NCBI GenBank assembly: GCA_902540545.1 | Contig: CACBMY010000001.1 | Span: 41,077-105,076, forward strand | DNA from: an uncultured Pelagibacteraceae bacterium | Lineage (GTDB): Bacteria; Pseudomonadota; Alphaproteobacteria; Pelagibacterales; Pelagibacteraceae | Length of the DNA: 64,000 bases | Direction of reading: 5' to 3' | In this document: piece after piece, positions 9,126 through 21,273 of the stretch | Layout: each line of letters opens with the position of its first letter | Numbering within the stretch: the first letter of the stretch is position 1 | The notes under the pieces: generated by a model | The model's input: the letters and a program-made list of their open reading frames with translations, nothing else | What the model was told of the DNA's origin: nothing | The model's database searches: none | Position numbers and translations under genes: made by a program

Positions 9126-10032
9126 TTGTAATTATTGTTCCTTTTCTAACCTTATTCCCTAATAAAAATTCCTTAATTAATTGAGGATTCTTGCCCTCTT
9201 TTTGTATCTCAATAATATTTATTGAATTTTCACCACATGCTATTGTCATTTGTTCATCGATTACTTCACCGATTTTTGCTGAATGCTTGTTTATTTCGGC
9301 TTTTAATATTTTATGTCTTTTGTTGTTAAGCTCAAACCATGCACCAGGTTTTGGATATAATCCATTTATTTGAGCAATTATTTTACGAGCACTATTATTC
9401 CAATCTATTTTTCCCTCTATTTTTTGAATTTTCTTTGCGTATGTAGCTTTTGTATGATCTTGCTCTTTAAATATTGCCTCTCCGTCTAAGACTTTTTGTA
9501 CATTTTCTAAAATTTTTTCTGTACTCAAATAAGATAATTTTTCTGATAAAATTTCTGCGTTATCTTGATCAAGAATATCTATTGAATATTTATTACATAC
9601 TGGCCCAGAATCTAATTTTTCATCAATTTTCATAAATGATATACCAGTTTTTTTTTCATTGTTTAGAATCGATCTCTGGATTGGTGCCGCACCTCTCCAT
9701 TTTGGTAATAATGAAGCATGAATATTCAAAAAACCTCTTTTACTCAAATCAAGAATTTTTTTTGAAATTAATTGTCCGTATGCAACAACAATTACAAGAT
9801 CTAAATTTAATTCTTGAAGATATTCAAATTCTTCATCAATTTTTTTTGGAGTTTTAACTTCTAGATTTAGTTCCTCTGCACATATATGAATTGATGATTT
9901 CGTAAACTTTTGACCTCTATTTGATTTACTTGGAGGCTGAGTAAATACACAGTTAATTTTATATTTTTGATTAATTTTTTTTAGGATAGGCACAGCAAAC
10001 TGCGCTGTGCCCATGAATACAATATTTGACAT
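9118..10032 (-). CDS. fmt: Methionyl-tRNA formyltransferase
   Basis: VFMGT, VVAYG, NIHASLLPKWRGAAPIQ. Confidence 0.97.
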   Translation of the reverse strand: MSNIVFMGTAQFAVPILKKINQKYKINCVFTQPPSKSNRGQKFTKSSIHICAEELNLEVKTPKKIDEEFEYLQELNLDLVIVVAYGQLISKKILDLSKRGFLNIHASLLPKWRGAAPIQRSILNNEKKTGISFMKIDEKLDSGPVCNKYSIDILDQDNAEILSEKLSYLSTEKILENVQKVLDGEAIFKEQDHTKATYAKKIQKIEGKIDWNNSARKIIAQINGLYPKPGAWFELNNKRHKILKAEINKHSAKIGEVIDEQMTIACGENSINIIEIQKEGKNPQLIKEFLLGNKVRKGTIITSE

Positions 10033-10554
10033 TTAAACAACGACTCTATTAGAAGTTTTTTGTTTAGACAATTTTTTTATTATTAAATCTTTTTTGATTT
10101 TTGATAAATAATCAATTATTAGTTTTCCATCTAGGTGATTTATTTCATGTTGTAAACATGTTGAGAGTAATCCATCGCATTCCATTTCTTTCTTATCTCC
10201 ATTTTCATCTATATAAGATACGGTACAAATTTCTGGTCTCTCTATCTCAATAAAGGTATTAGGTATTGACAAACAACCTTCCTCATATGTAGACATTTTT
10301 TCACTTAAAGTTTTTATTTGTGGATTAATAAAGCATAAAGGTTTTTTTTCATTTTCATTTTTTGAGACATCTAAAACAACAACTCTTTTAAGGATTCCAA
10401 CTTGAACAGCTGCTAAACCTATGCCATTGTAATGGTACATAGTTTCAAATAAATCTTTTATGAGCTTTTTTTCATTAACATCAACTTTATTTAATGGCTC
10501 AGATTTTTTTCTAAGAATATCATCAGGTACTGTTATTAATTCTTTTACTGACAT
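10033..10554 (-). CDS. def: Peptide deformylase
   Basis: GIGLAAVQVG, EEGCLS, QHEINHLDG. Confidence 0.97.
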   Translation of the reverse strand: MSVKELITVPDDILRKKSEPLNKVDVNEKKLIKDLFETMYHYNGIGLAAVQVGILKRVVVLDVSKNENEKKPLCFINPQIKTLSEKMSTYEEGCLSIPNTFIEIERPEICTVSYIDENGDKKEMECDGLLSTCLQHEINHLDGKLIIDYLSKIKKDLIIKKLSKQKTSNRVVV

Positions 10555-10568
10555 AGTTTATTTATTGT

Positions 10569-12308
10569 TTAGACTTTTAAAGGCAAGACTTCTATTAGAA
10601 TTTCGTTTCTTAAATCTACATTTTTTAGCTCATTCATAGTTGAAACTAATATATTCACAGTGTTTATATCTAGATCTTCAAGGTTACTTTCACCAACAAT
10701 ATCTACTATTTTAATTAATAATAAGCCTAGCTCTCCATTCGATAGCATTTGTTTTATATCAGTGGAAAATTGAAAGTTATATTCATAAAGGTTTGAGTAT
10801 TTTTTATCTATTTTTACACCATCTGATTTAAGCGACTCAATAAGAATCATATCTTTTGTAGAAAAAACATATTTTTTATTTCTTTTAATTTTTTTCAAAA
10901 TATCGTTTGTTTCCTTTTCAGCTTTAGGCAAACTAGTTTTATTTAAAAAGTAATTTAATAATTTTGACTGATGTATTTTTTTATTATTAAATTTTATCTT
11001 TCTCTCTTTTTTTAACTTAGTATCGGTATGATTTTCATAAAAGGTAGTAAAATTTGAGGGAACATCGTTTTTTTTTATTTTTTTTAATATTACTTTGATT
11101 TCATTATCAAACGCATTATCTAATTTTTTTTTTTGGAAAGATTTATATAATTCAGACGCCATACTTAATCTTTGCTCGACATCAACAGATAAAAGTAATC
11201 TTTGATATAATAAAGCTCTGCCCTCATAATCCGGAAGTAGCTTATAAGCATCTTTGGCATTTAATAGCTGTGTTATGTTAAATTGAAATTTTTTATATGT
11301 ATCCAATAGTTCTCTCTCATCAAATACATTTTCATGGGTTGCTCTTTCTAATAATCTTAAATCTTCTGGATTTTCAATATCAAAGGAATTTGCATTTTTA
11401 AGAATATTCGATGACGACAAATAACTCCATATATATCTAGGTGAGTCCATTTGTGGCTCGTAATTAAAATCATTATTTGTTTTATGAGATAAGTGAAAAT
11501 ATAAAATATTTTCGTCTGAAATTATTTCATCTTTGCTTGCATAACCCATTAATATATTAAATTTATTTTCAAAAAAAGTGTCAATCTCATCCAACTCTTT
11601 TGACAAATCAAAGAGTAGTTGAGCTTGTTCTTTTTTATCTTCTTGAATTAAACAATAAATTTTAAAATTATTTAAATATTTATCGGTAATAGCACCACTA
11701 ACATCAAATATTTCACATGCTTTTTTTACTTCGGAGTTTGAAAGAAAATATTCCGAATAAAATTTTATCAATTTATTTTTATTTGAAACTTCAGAATTAT
11801 TGATTAAAAATTCTTTAATTAATTCAAAATCTTTTTTGTTTATTAAATGATTAAATTTAAACTCTAAAAATTCCTCTTCAGTAATATTATTTGTTGGAAT
11901 ATATGAATTTGTTAGTAAAGCTATATCTAATATTTTTTTTGAAAATTCAGATAAATTTCTATTTAAATTTTTATTTAATATGCTTTTAATTAACTCACCA
12001 TCACTGTTCGACCACATGTCAATTTTTAGGCCATTCTGCGCAGGATCATATAATCCAGCTAATTTTATAGTGGATGACTCGATTTCTTTATTTATCACTA
12101 TCTCGGAACTAGATTGAACCGATAATGTTGTATTAGTATTTAGATTATTACTTACGTTTATGTTTGAGGTTGAATTTTCTTTGTTAATAATGTCTTTTTT
12201 TTCAATTTTCCAGATATCGATTGGTTCATTTGCAAAAGAAAAATTATAAAAAAATAAAATTAAGGTTATTTTGAAAATTATTTTACTTAATTGTTTTAAA
12301 ATTTTCAT
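10569..12308 (-). CDS. Hypothetical exported protein, probably helical, 579 aa
   Basis: Long ORF with a signal-peptide-like N-terminus (...FYNFSFA-NEPIDIW); no catalytic motif recognised. Confidence 0.75.
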   Translation of the reverse strand: MKILKQLSKIIFKITLILFFYNFSFANEPIDIWKIEKKDIINKENSTSNINVSNNLNTNTTLSVQSSSEIVINKEIESSTIKLAGLYDPAQNGLKIDMWSNSDGELIKSILNKNLNRNLSEFSKKILDIALLTNSYIPTNNITEEEFLEFKFNHLINKKDFELIKEFLINNSEVSNKNKLIKFYSEYFLSNSEVKKACEIFDVSGAITDKYLNNFKIYCLIQEDKKEQAQLLFDLSKELDEIDTFFENKFNILMGYASKDEIISDENILYFHLSHKTNNDFNYEPQMDSPRYIWSYLSSSNILKNANSFDIENPEDLRLLERATHENVFDERELLDTYKKFQFNITQLLNAKDAYKLLPDYEGRALLYQRLLLSVDVEQRLSMASELYKSFQKKKLDNAFDNEIKVILKKIKKNDVPSNFTTFYENHTDTKLKKERKIKFNNKKIHQSKLLNYFLNKTSLPKAEKETNDILKKIKRNKKYVFSTKDMILIESLKSDGVKIDKKYSNLYEYNFQFSTDIKQMLSNGELGLLLIKIVDIVGESNLEDLDINTVNILVSTMNELKNVDLRNEILIEVLPLKV

Positions 12309-12423
12309 TAGGCAAAATCACTTCAATTTTTTTGTTAGGGGATGGGAAATCAATCTGACTCAAAACAACAATAGACAAAATTAATATAAAAAAAATAATT
12401 CCAGCTTTAATTGCAAATTTCAT
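12283..12423 (-). CDS. Small single-pass membrane protein, 46 aa
   Basis: Read by hand: MKFAIKAGIIFFILILSIVVLSQIDFPSPNKKIEVILPNENFKTIK; AAAGGA upstream; overlaps the next gene's start. Confidence 0.7.
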   Translation of the reverse strand: MKFAIKAGIIFFILILSIVVLSQIDFPSPNKKIEVILPNENFKTIK

Positions 12424-12519
12424 ATTATGTTATATTCCTTTGTAGTATAATGTTTTAAAAGCATATAATTTTGTAAAATCAAAATAAGACATATTTGTGT
12501 TTTTTCAACTTAGAAATAT

Positions 12520-13044
12520 ATGGAATCAAATAAAAATCTAGTTTTAGTAGGTATGATGGGCTCGGGAAAGACATTAATAGGAAAATTGATTTCTAAACAA
12601 ACCAAACTTAAATTTATTGATATAGATAATAAAATTGAAGAAAAAGAAAAAATGAAAATTGCAGAAATTTTCAAAAAAAAGGGAGAAAAATACTTCCGTG
12701 AATGTGAAGAAGAAATAACATTATCATGTTTAAAAGGTGAAAAACAAATTTTATCACTAGGTGGAGGCGCATATATTAATACCAATATTAGGAAAGAATG
12801 TAAGAAAAGTTCTTTTAGTTTTTGGTTGAACTGGAAAAAAGATATAATAATTAAAAGAATAAATGGTAGCAAAAAAAGACCTCTAGCCATGACATTAAAT
12901 GAAGCAGATCTAGAGAAACTAATAAATGAAAGAGCTAAAATATATAGTTTGGCAGACTTCACAATTAATTGTGATCAACTAAATAAAAATGAAATAGCAA
13001 ATAAAATTATAAAAAAATATGAAATCAAAAATAATAAAGGTTAA
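12520..13044 (+). CDS. aroK: Shikimate kinase
   Basis: GMMGSGKT, GEKYFRECE, SLGGG, RPL. Confidence 0.95.
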   Translation: MESNKNLVLVGMMGSGKTLIGKLISKQTKLKFIDIDNKIEEKEKMKIAEIFKKKGEKYFRECEEEITLSCLKGEKQILSLGGGAYINTNIRKECKKSSFSFWLNWKKDIIIKRINGSKKRPLAMTLNEADLEKLINERAKIYSLADFTINCDQLNKNEIANKIIKKYEIKNNKG

Positions 13045-14134
13045 AACTAAAAGTAAAAATTACGAAGTTCATATTGGTACCAATCTAATTTCAAAATTAA
13101 GTAATATTATAAAAAAAAATAAATTATCATTTTCAAAATGTTTAATAGTAATTGATAGCAAGATACCAAAAAAATTTAGAACAATACTCTTAGGAAATTT
13201 AAAAAATCAAAAAATCTATACTTTAAATTTTAGTGCAAATGAGAAAAATAAAAGTAACTTAAGTATCGATAAAATACATAATGTTTTATTTAAAAATAAT
13301 TTTTATAGAGAAGACTGTATAATTTCATTTGGTGGAGGAATTACTGGAGATGTAGTTGGATATGCGGCCAGCACATTTAAAAGAGGAATAAAATTTATTA
13401 ACATACCCTCTACTTTATTAGCTCAAGTCGACTCTTCTATAGGTGGTAAAACAGGTATTAATAATAAATTTGGAAAAAATCTTATAGGAAGTTTTTATCA
13501 GCCAGATTTAGTAATTTCAGATATTAATTTACTACGTACCCTCCCCAAAAGAGAAATTATATGTGGATATGCTGAAATATTAAAAAGTAGTTTAATTGAT
13601 AGCAAAAAAAATTTTATTTTTTTAGATAAAAATTTTAATAAGATTTTAAATCTCAAAGGAAATTTTATAATTAATGCAATTTTAAATAGCTGTTTATTAA
13701 AAAAAAAAATTATTGAAAAGGATGAAAAAGAAAAAAATTTAAGAAAATCTTTAAATCTTGGCCATACTTTTGCTCACGCATATGAGGCTAGTCTTGGTTA
13801 CTCAAAAAAATTAAATCATGGAGAAGCTGTTATATTTGGTTTAATGAATGCTGTAAATTTTAGTAGAGAAAAAAAAATTATTTCAAATTCAAATTCAGAA
13901 TTAATAAACAATCATATTAGAAAGATAGAGATTAAAAATAAATATAAAGACCTTTTTAATAAAAGGAAAATTAAATCAATTCTTAATTTTATGAAAAGTG
14001 ACAAAAAAAATAAATCAGACAATATAAATTTAATTTTAATAAGGAATTTTGGAAAAATAAACTTAAATTATCAGGCCAAATCTGGTGAATTGAACAAGTT
14101 TTTATTAAAAGAATTAAGTAAAGCTTATTTGTAA
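13019..14134 (+). CDS. aroB: 3-dehydroquinate synthase
   Basis: GGGITGD, PSTLLAQVDSSIGGKTG, LNLGHTFAHA, HGEAV. Confidence 0.97.
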   Translation: MKSKIIKVKTKSKNYEVHIGTNLISKLSNIIKKNKLSFSKCLIVIDSKIPKKFRTILLGNLKNQKIYTLNFSANEKNKSNLSIDKIHNVLFKNNFYREDCIISFGGGITGDVVGYAASTFKRGIKFINIPSTLLAQVDSSIGGKTGINNKFGKNLIGSFYQPDLVISDINLLRTLPKREIICGYAEILKSSLIDSKKNFIFLDKNFNKILNLKGNFIINAILNSCLLKKKIIEKDEKEKNLRKSLNLGHTFAHAYEASLGYSKKLNHGEAVIFGLMNAVNFSREKKIISNSNSELINNHIRKIEIKNKYKDLFNKRKIKSILNFMKSDKKNKSDNINLILIRNFGKINLNYQAKSGELNKFLLKELSKAYL

Positions 14135-14374
14135 AGAATGAATATCAGTTTTCAATTCTTCGCTTAAAATTTTGTAGATTACTTTATTAGACTGAATTCT
14201 ATTCGTTTTTTTTAATATTTCAGAATTTATTTCTAATTTAATATGATATTTACCTTTCTGATGTGAATTGTGTTTTAAATGCTTATAAGTGTTATCAATT
14301 ATCTTTACATTTTTTATAGAACTGTCATTCAAAAGTTTATTTTCAATTTTTTTTGAAAGTTGATTAATATCCAT
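14114..14374 (-). CDS. bolA: BolA family protein
   Basis: Likely start MDINQL at 14374; DNTYKHLKH, HIKLEI, IHSLQI. Confidence 0.8.
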   Translation of the reverse strand: MDINQLSKKIENKLLNDSSIKNVKIIDNTYKHLKHNSHQKGKYHIKLEINSEILKKTNRIQSNKVIYKILSEELKTDIHSLQISFT

Positions 14375-14394
14375 TAAACTTGATATTATATTAT

Positions 14395-14928
14395 ATGAAA
14401 AATATTTGTGAATGGAATAATTGCAATGAGGAGGGACTTTACAAAGCTCCAAAAGAAAAGGATAACAGCAAAGAATATAGGCTTCTATGTCTAGAGCATG
14501 TAAGAGAGTTTAATAAAAGCTGGAATTATTTTTCCGGTATGAGCGACGAACAAGTAATCAACTTTTTAAAGTCTGACATGACATGGCATAAGCCAACGCA
14601 GAGTTTCAGCTCTTCAGACAATTTTTTCAAAATATTGTGGAATAATACTTTAAAAGATGAAAATGGAAAATTTAAAGATTTTAGTAATTTGAATCATATG
14701 AATAAGTTTAATTTTAATAGTAATGATCTTAAAGCCTTTGAAATTTTGGGTGTTGGGGTTGGTTTAAAATGGGCCAAAATACAAGAAAAATTCAAAAGAC
14801 TTGTGAAAAAATTTCACCCTGATATGAATGCTGGCAATAAAAAATTTGAAGATAAGCTTAAAGTGATAACTTTAGCTTATACCCAATTAAAAAATACTTA
14901 TAAGGACAAAATTGACAACAAATATTGA
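14395..14928 (+). CDS. J-domain protein with N-terminal Cys/His motif
   Basis: CEWNNC...[15 protein letters not shown], then a C-terminal J domain with KKFHPD; start MKNICEW at 14395. Confidence 0.88.
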   Translation: MKNICEWNNCNEEGLYKAPKEKDNSKEYRLLCLEHVREFNKSWNYFSGMSDEQVINFLKSDMTWHKPTQSFSSSDNFFKILWNNTLKDENGKFKDFSNLNHMNKFNFNSNDLKAFEILGVGVGLKWAKIQEKFKRLVKKFHPDMNAGNKKFEDKLKVITLAYTQLKNTYKDKIDNKY

Positions 14929-15886
14929 ACAGACCCCGGATATTAAATTATCAATTAAACAAACATTCGGTATAGATTCTGATATGGAAGTGGACGCATT
15001 TTCAAAAAAAACTGATTATGTGCCAGATATAGATAAAACTTATAAATTTGATAAAGATACAACTTTAGCAATCCTCTCTGGATTTTCATTTAACAAAAGA
15101 GTCTTAGTGCAAGGTTATCATGGAACAGGTAAATCCACACATATAGAACAAATTGCAGCCAGATTGAATTGGCCATGTATCAGAATTAACTTAGATAGTC
15201 ATGTTAGTAGAATAGATTTAATTGGTAAAGACTCAATTGTAATCAAAGATGGAAAACAAGTGACAGAATTCAAGGAGGGAATTCTTCCTTGGTCGATACA
15301 AAATCCAGTAGCTTTAGTATTTGATGAATATGATGCTGGTAGACCAGATGTGATGTTTGTAATTCAAAGAGTTTTGGAAGCTGAAGGAAATTTTACTTTA
15401 TTAGATAAGAATAAGGTCATTAAGCAAAATAAATATTTCAGATTATTTGCAACCTCAAATACTGTTGGTTTAGGAGACACAACTGGACTCTATCATGGAA
15501 CACAACAAATAAACCAGGGACAAATGGATAGATGGAATATCGTAACAACATTAAATTATTTAGCTTTGGAAAAAGAAATGGAAATTATTTTAGGAAAAAA
15601 TAAATCTTTAGATAATAATAAAGGTAAAGAGAAAGTCACAAACATGATAAAAGTTGCTACACTTACTAGAAAAGGATTTATGGCTGGAGATATTTCAACT
15701 GTTATGAGTCCTCGGACGGTACTACATTGGGCAGAAAATTCAGAAATATTTAAAGATGTGGGTTATGCGTTCAGAGTAACTTTTTTAAATAAATGTGATG
15801 ACGTAGAAAAGAATACAATCGCAGAATATTATCAAAGATGTTTTGGAGAAGAACTGCCAGAGTCGATGATAAATATTCAGGTTTAA
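14912..15886 (+). CDS. cobS: CobS-type MoxR-like AAA+ ATPase
   Basis: Walker A GYHGTGKS, Walker [31 protein letters not shown]. Confidence 0.93.
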   Translation: MTTNIEQTPDIKLSIKQTFGIDSDMEVDAFSKKTDYVPDIDKTYKFDKDTTLAILSGFSFNKRVLVQGYHGTGKSTHIEQIAARLNWPCIRINLDSHVSRIDLIGKDSIVIKDGKQVTEFKEGILPWSIQNPVALVFDEYDAGRPDVMFVIQRVLEAEGNFTLLDKNKVIKQNKYFRLFATSNTVGLGDTTGLYHGTQQINQGQMDRWNIVTTLNYLALEKEMEIILGKNKSLDNNKGKEKVTNMIKVATLTRKGFMAGDISTVMSPRTVLHWAENSEIFKDVGYAFRVTFLNKCDDVEKNTIAEYYQRCFGEELPESMINIQV

Positions 15887-17676
15887 TGAACAAAGATGAT
15901 CTTATAAAAGAGCAATTTAAACAAGCTTTAAATTCAACGATTAAAGCCATTTCAGGAGAAACATATCCATTAAAAGACAAAAAAAATTTAAAAGAATTTA
16001 ATATTTCTAAATTTGATAATTTAAAAGATAAAGAAAACTTTATAAAATTAAGAGCTGAGGCAGACTCGGAGGCATTAAGAAGAAAATTTTCTGATAATTC
16101 TACATTGGAACAAAATATTCCAAAAACACCTACTTGCCATACGCTGTATAAAATTTCTGAAAAAATAAGATATGAACTTTTAGGATCACAAATGATGAGA
16201 GGAATTTCTAAAAATTTAATAGCTAAATATAACAATAAGATTGGTATGGCAAAATCTGAAAATATAAAAAAGAAAGAGGAATCTAATGTTTCTGAAGCTT
16301 TTGAATATTACATGCTTAACAAACTAATGAATATAAGTTTATCAGAAAGTGCTGAAAAAATTTTATCATATTGGAAAGATGATTTTGAAAAATCTTTAGA
16401 TAAACACATAAATTTTTTAAAAGAAAATGCAGAGAATCAAGATATATACAATTCCAAAATATCAGAAATTCTTCAGAGCATGGAAATCTTCGAGTCGGAG
16501 GAAGAAAATAAAAAGGAAGAGCAGAAAGAAGATGATCAAGATAATAACAATTCAAAAGATGATCAAAAAACAGACAGTGGAGACTCTCAGGAAAGAGAAG
16601 AAGAAGACAGTATCAATGAGGGTGTCGATAGTTCTGACGAAATGAATGAATTTAGACTTGATGAACAACTAGGAAATGATGATGCTGAAAATAATGATAT
16701 AGAAAATATTGTTCAAAAAAAAAATTTAGGAATAAGTAATAAAGAATATAAAATATACACTTCAGAATTTGATGAAACTGCAAAAGCAGAAACATTGGAA
16801 AACTCTGATGAAATTTCTAAACTAAGAAAAAATTTAGATCAACAACTAACTAGTTTCCAAGACATAATAACAAAACTCGCGAATAAATTACAAAGACAGT
16901 TACTTGCAAAACAAAATAGATCTTGGGAATTTGATCTTGAAGAGGGTTTATTAGATAGTTCAAAATTGCCACGAATAATAATTGATCCATATAATTCTCT
17001 TTCTTTTAAAAAAGAGAAAGATTTAGAGTTTAAAGATACAGTTGTGACTTTACTCATAGATAATTCTGGATCGATGAGAGGGAGACCAATTACTATTGCA
17101 GCTCTTTGTGCAGATATATTATCAAGAACACTAGAAAGATGTTCGGTTAAAGTAGAAATTCTTGGTTTTACAACAAAAAATTGGAAGGGTGGTAAGAGTA
17201 GAGAAAAGTGGAATAAACTTGGGAAATTAAAAAATCCAGGACGTTTGAATGACTTAAGACATATAATTTATAAATCTGCTGATACTCACTGGAGACAATC
17301 AAAAAAAAATTTAGGCTTAATGCTAAAAGAGGGTTTGCTTAAAGAAAATATTGATGGTGAAGCTATTACTTGGGCTTTCAATAGACTTAAAAAAAGAAAA
17401 GAAGAAAGAAAAATTCTTATGGTTATTTCAGATGGAGCTCCAGTTGATGATTCAACATTATCCGTTAACTCGGGTGATTTTTTGGAAAAACATCTAAAGC
17501 AAACTGTAAAATTAATCGAAAACAAAAGTGATATCGAAATTCTTGCAATAGGTATAGGCCACGACGTTTCGAGATATTACAAAAAAGCGATAAAAATAGC
17601 TGATGTTCAAGAGTTAGGGGATGTAATGATTGGTCAGCTTAGTGGTTTGTTTGAAAATAACAAAAAATTACACTAA
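15886..17676 (+). CDS. cobT: CobT-type vWA-domain protein
   Basis: Acidic linker, [44 protein letters not shown]; start MNKDD at 15886. Confidence 0.93.
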   Translation: MNKDDLIKEQFKQALNSTIKAISGETYPLKDKKNLKEFNISKFDNLKDKENFIKLRAEADSEALRRKFSDNSTLEQNIPKTPTCHTLYKISEKIRYELLGSQMMRGISKNLIAKYNNKIGMAKSENIKKKEESNVSEAFEYYMLNKLMNISLSESAEKILSYWKDDFEKSLDKHINFLKENAENQDIYNSKISEILQSMEIFESEEENKKEEQKEDDQDNNNSKDDQKTDSGDSQEREEEDSINEGVDSSDEMNEFRLDEQLGNDDAENNDIENIVQKKNLGISNKEYKIYTSEFDETAKAETLENSDEISKLRKNLDQQLTSFQDIITKLANKLQRQLLAKQNRSWEFDLEEGLLDSSKLPRIIIDPYNSLSFKKEKDLEFKDTVVTLLIDNSGSMRGRPITIAALCADILSRTLERCSVKVEILGFTTKNWKGGKSREKWNKLGKLKNPGRLNDLRHIIYKSADTHWRQSKKNLGLMLKEGLLKENIDGEAITWAFNRLKKRKEERKILMVISDGAPVDDSTLSVNSGDFLEKHLKQTVKLIENKSDIEILAIGIGHDVSRYYKKAIKIADVQELGDVMIGQLSGLFENNKKLH

Positions 17677-18948
17677 TTTTTTTAAATTTTTATTTTCCCA
17701 CTCTATTTTTACTTCAGCTCCACCTCTGGTTTCTGAGTTTCTAATTGTTATTTTAGCAGAATTTTTTTCTAATAGAGTTTTGCCTATAAAAATCCCTAGG
17801 CCTAATCCAGTTTTTTTATTATCTTTAGGTTTAAGTGTCTTAATATATGGCTCTCCAATTTTGTTAAGTATATCTTTTGGTATACCAGTACCATCATCCT
17901 CTATTGTTATTTCACTTTTTTGACTGTCGCTTTTGATGGCAATATAGATATTTTCATTTGAAAATTTATTAGCATTTCCAATAAAATTCCTCAAACCATA
18001 AACAATTTCAACAGATTTTAGTATTTCAAACGAGTTAGAATCTTGCTCTTTATCAATATTGAAATTCTTATTAGAAATTTCTTTGAATGAGTTAACTATC
18101 TCATTAATATAATCGTAAAGCGTTTTATTTTTGTCAATAAAATCATCTTCTATAGTAGGATTTAATGTTAGTTTTTTTAAAATATCGTTACACCTATTAA
18201 CTTGACTAATTAATAGTTCGAGATCTTTTTTTACATCGTCATTGTCCTTAAATTGATCAAATAAATCGTGAGAAATAATTTTAATTGTAGACAGGGGAGT
18301 GCCAAATGAATGAGCAGCAGCAGCGGCTTGTCCCCCAAGTGAAACAAGTTCGTGTTCCTTAGAAATTACTTCTTGAATTTTATCTAATGCATGTTTTCTA
18401 AGTTTTGTTTCTTGTCCAAAAATAAATGCAAAATAGTTCAAAAAAAATAATGCAATTATCAATGCTAGAGGAATTGCATAGTAATAATACAAGCTAATAC
18501 TATATTCATCTAATGGTTTAGGCATTTCAGAATGATAGAAAGTTAAAAATATAATCGATGCTAAAGTAATAAAAATCAATGCAATATTTGTTCTAATATT
18601 CAAATTTGATGCAGCAAATACACTTGGTATCAAAAGAAATATTGAAAATGGATTTAAAATACCTCCAGATAAGTAGAGTAAAGCACTCAATTGAAGAATA
18701 TCTAAAGATAAAAAATTAAAAGAGGTTACATTTGAAAGTATTGGTTTTTTATAAAAAGACATTAAGTATAAGTTACTTAAAACTCCAACAAAAATAATCA
18801 GATTAGATAAAATAAAATTGAACTCAAAATTAAAAACAAATTTTACTGTGTTTATAGTTATAAATTGACCTAAAATTCCTATCCATCTTAAATTGACATA
18901 AGTAGACTTATTTAATGATTCTGTTTTGACAGATTCTTTTAAATCCAT
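17668..18948 (-). CDS. regB: RegB/PrrB/ActS-family redox-sensing histidine kinase
   Basis: LRW, quinone-binding [20 protein letters not shown]-box, redox Cys in RCNDIL, N/G boxes. Confidence 0.9.
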   Translation of the reverse strand: MDLKESVKTESLNKSTYVNLRWIGILGQFITINTVKFVFNFEFNFILSNLIIFVGVLSNLYLMSFYKKPILSNVTSFNFLSLDILQLSALLYLSGGILNPFSIFLLIPSVFAASNLNIRTNIALIFITLASIIFLTFYHSEMPKPLDEYSISLYYYYAIPLALIIALFFLNYFAFIFGQETKLRKHALDKIQEVISKEHELVSLGGQAAAAAHSFGTPLSTIKIISHDLFDQFKDNDDVKKDLELLISQVNRCNDILKKLTLNPTIEDDFIDKNKTLYDYINEIVNSFKEISNKNFNIDKEQDSNSFEILKSVEIVYGLRNFIGNANKFSNENIYIAIKSDSQKSEITIEDDGTGIPKDILNKIGEPYIKTLKPKDNKKTGLGLGIFIGKTLLEKNSAKITIRNSETRGGAEVKIEWENKNLKKLV

Positions 18949-21012
<2,064 letters not shown>

Positions 21013-21176
21013 TTAATATGGAAGAAATTTTTATAACATTTTTACAAAAAATTTAAAAATGGTAGAGGTGCAAATGCTTAAATAAGTGTTGAATACCAAC
21101 ATTTATTTGATGTTTTTTAGATTTTTTTTCTATTTTAGTAAAACCCGTTAAAAAGATCAATTTTCTAATTAAAATA

Positions 21177-21266
21177 TGGCGGAGAGAATGGGATTCGAAC
21201 CCATGATAGAGTTTCCCCTATACACGCTTTCCAAGCGTGCGCCTTCAACCGCTCGGCCACCTCTCC
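21177..21266 (-). tRNA. tRNA-Ser(GGA)
   Basis: Reverse complement GGAGAGG...CACGC-TTGGAAA-GCGTG, long variable arm, GGTTCGAATCC, ...CTCTCCGCCA. Confidence 0.96.
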
Positions 21267-21273
21267 AAAATAC

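Noticed and set aside
16490-16700. Acidic low-complexity stretch in cobT
   Set aside because: A normal feature of CobT linkers.
14912-17676. Cobalamin biosynthesis cluster
   Set aside because: Only cobS and cobT are present; there is no cobN or other corrin gene in the window.
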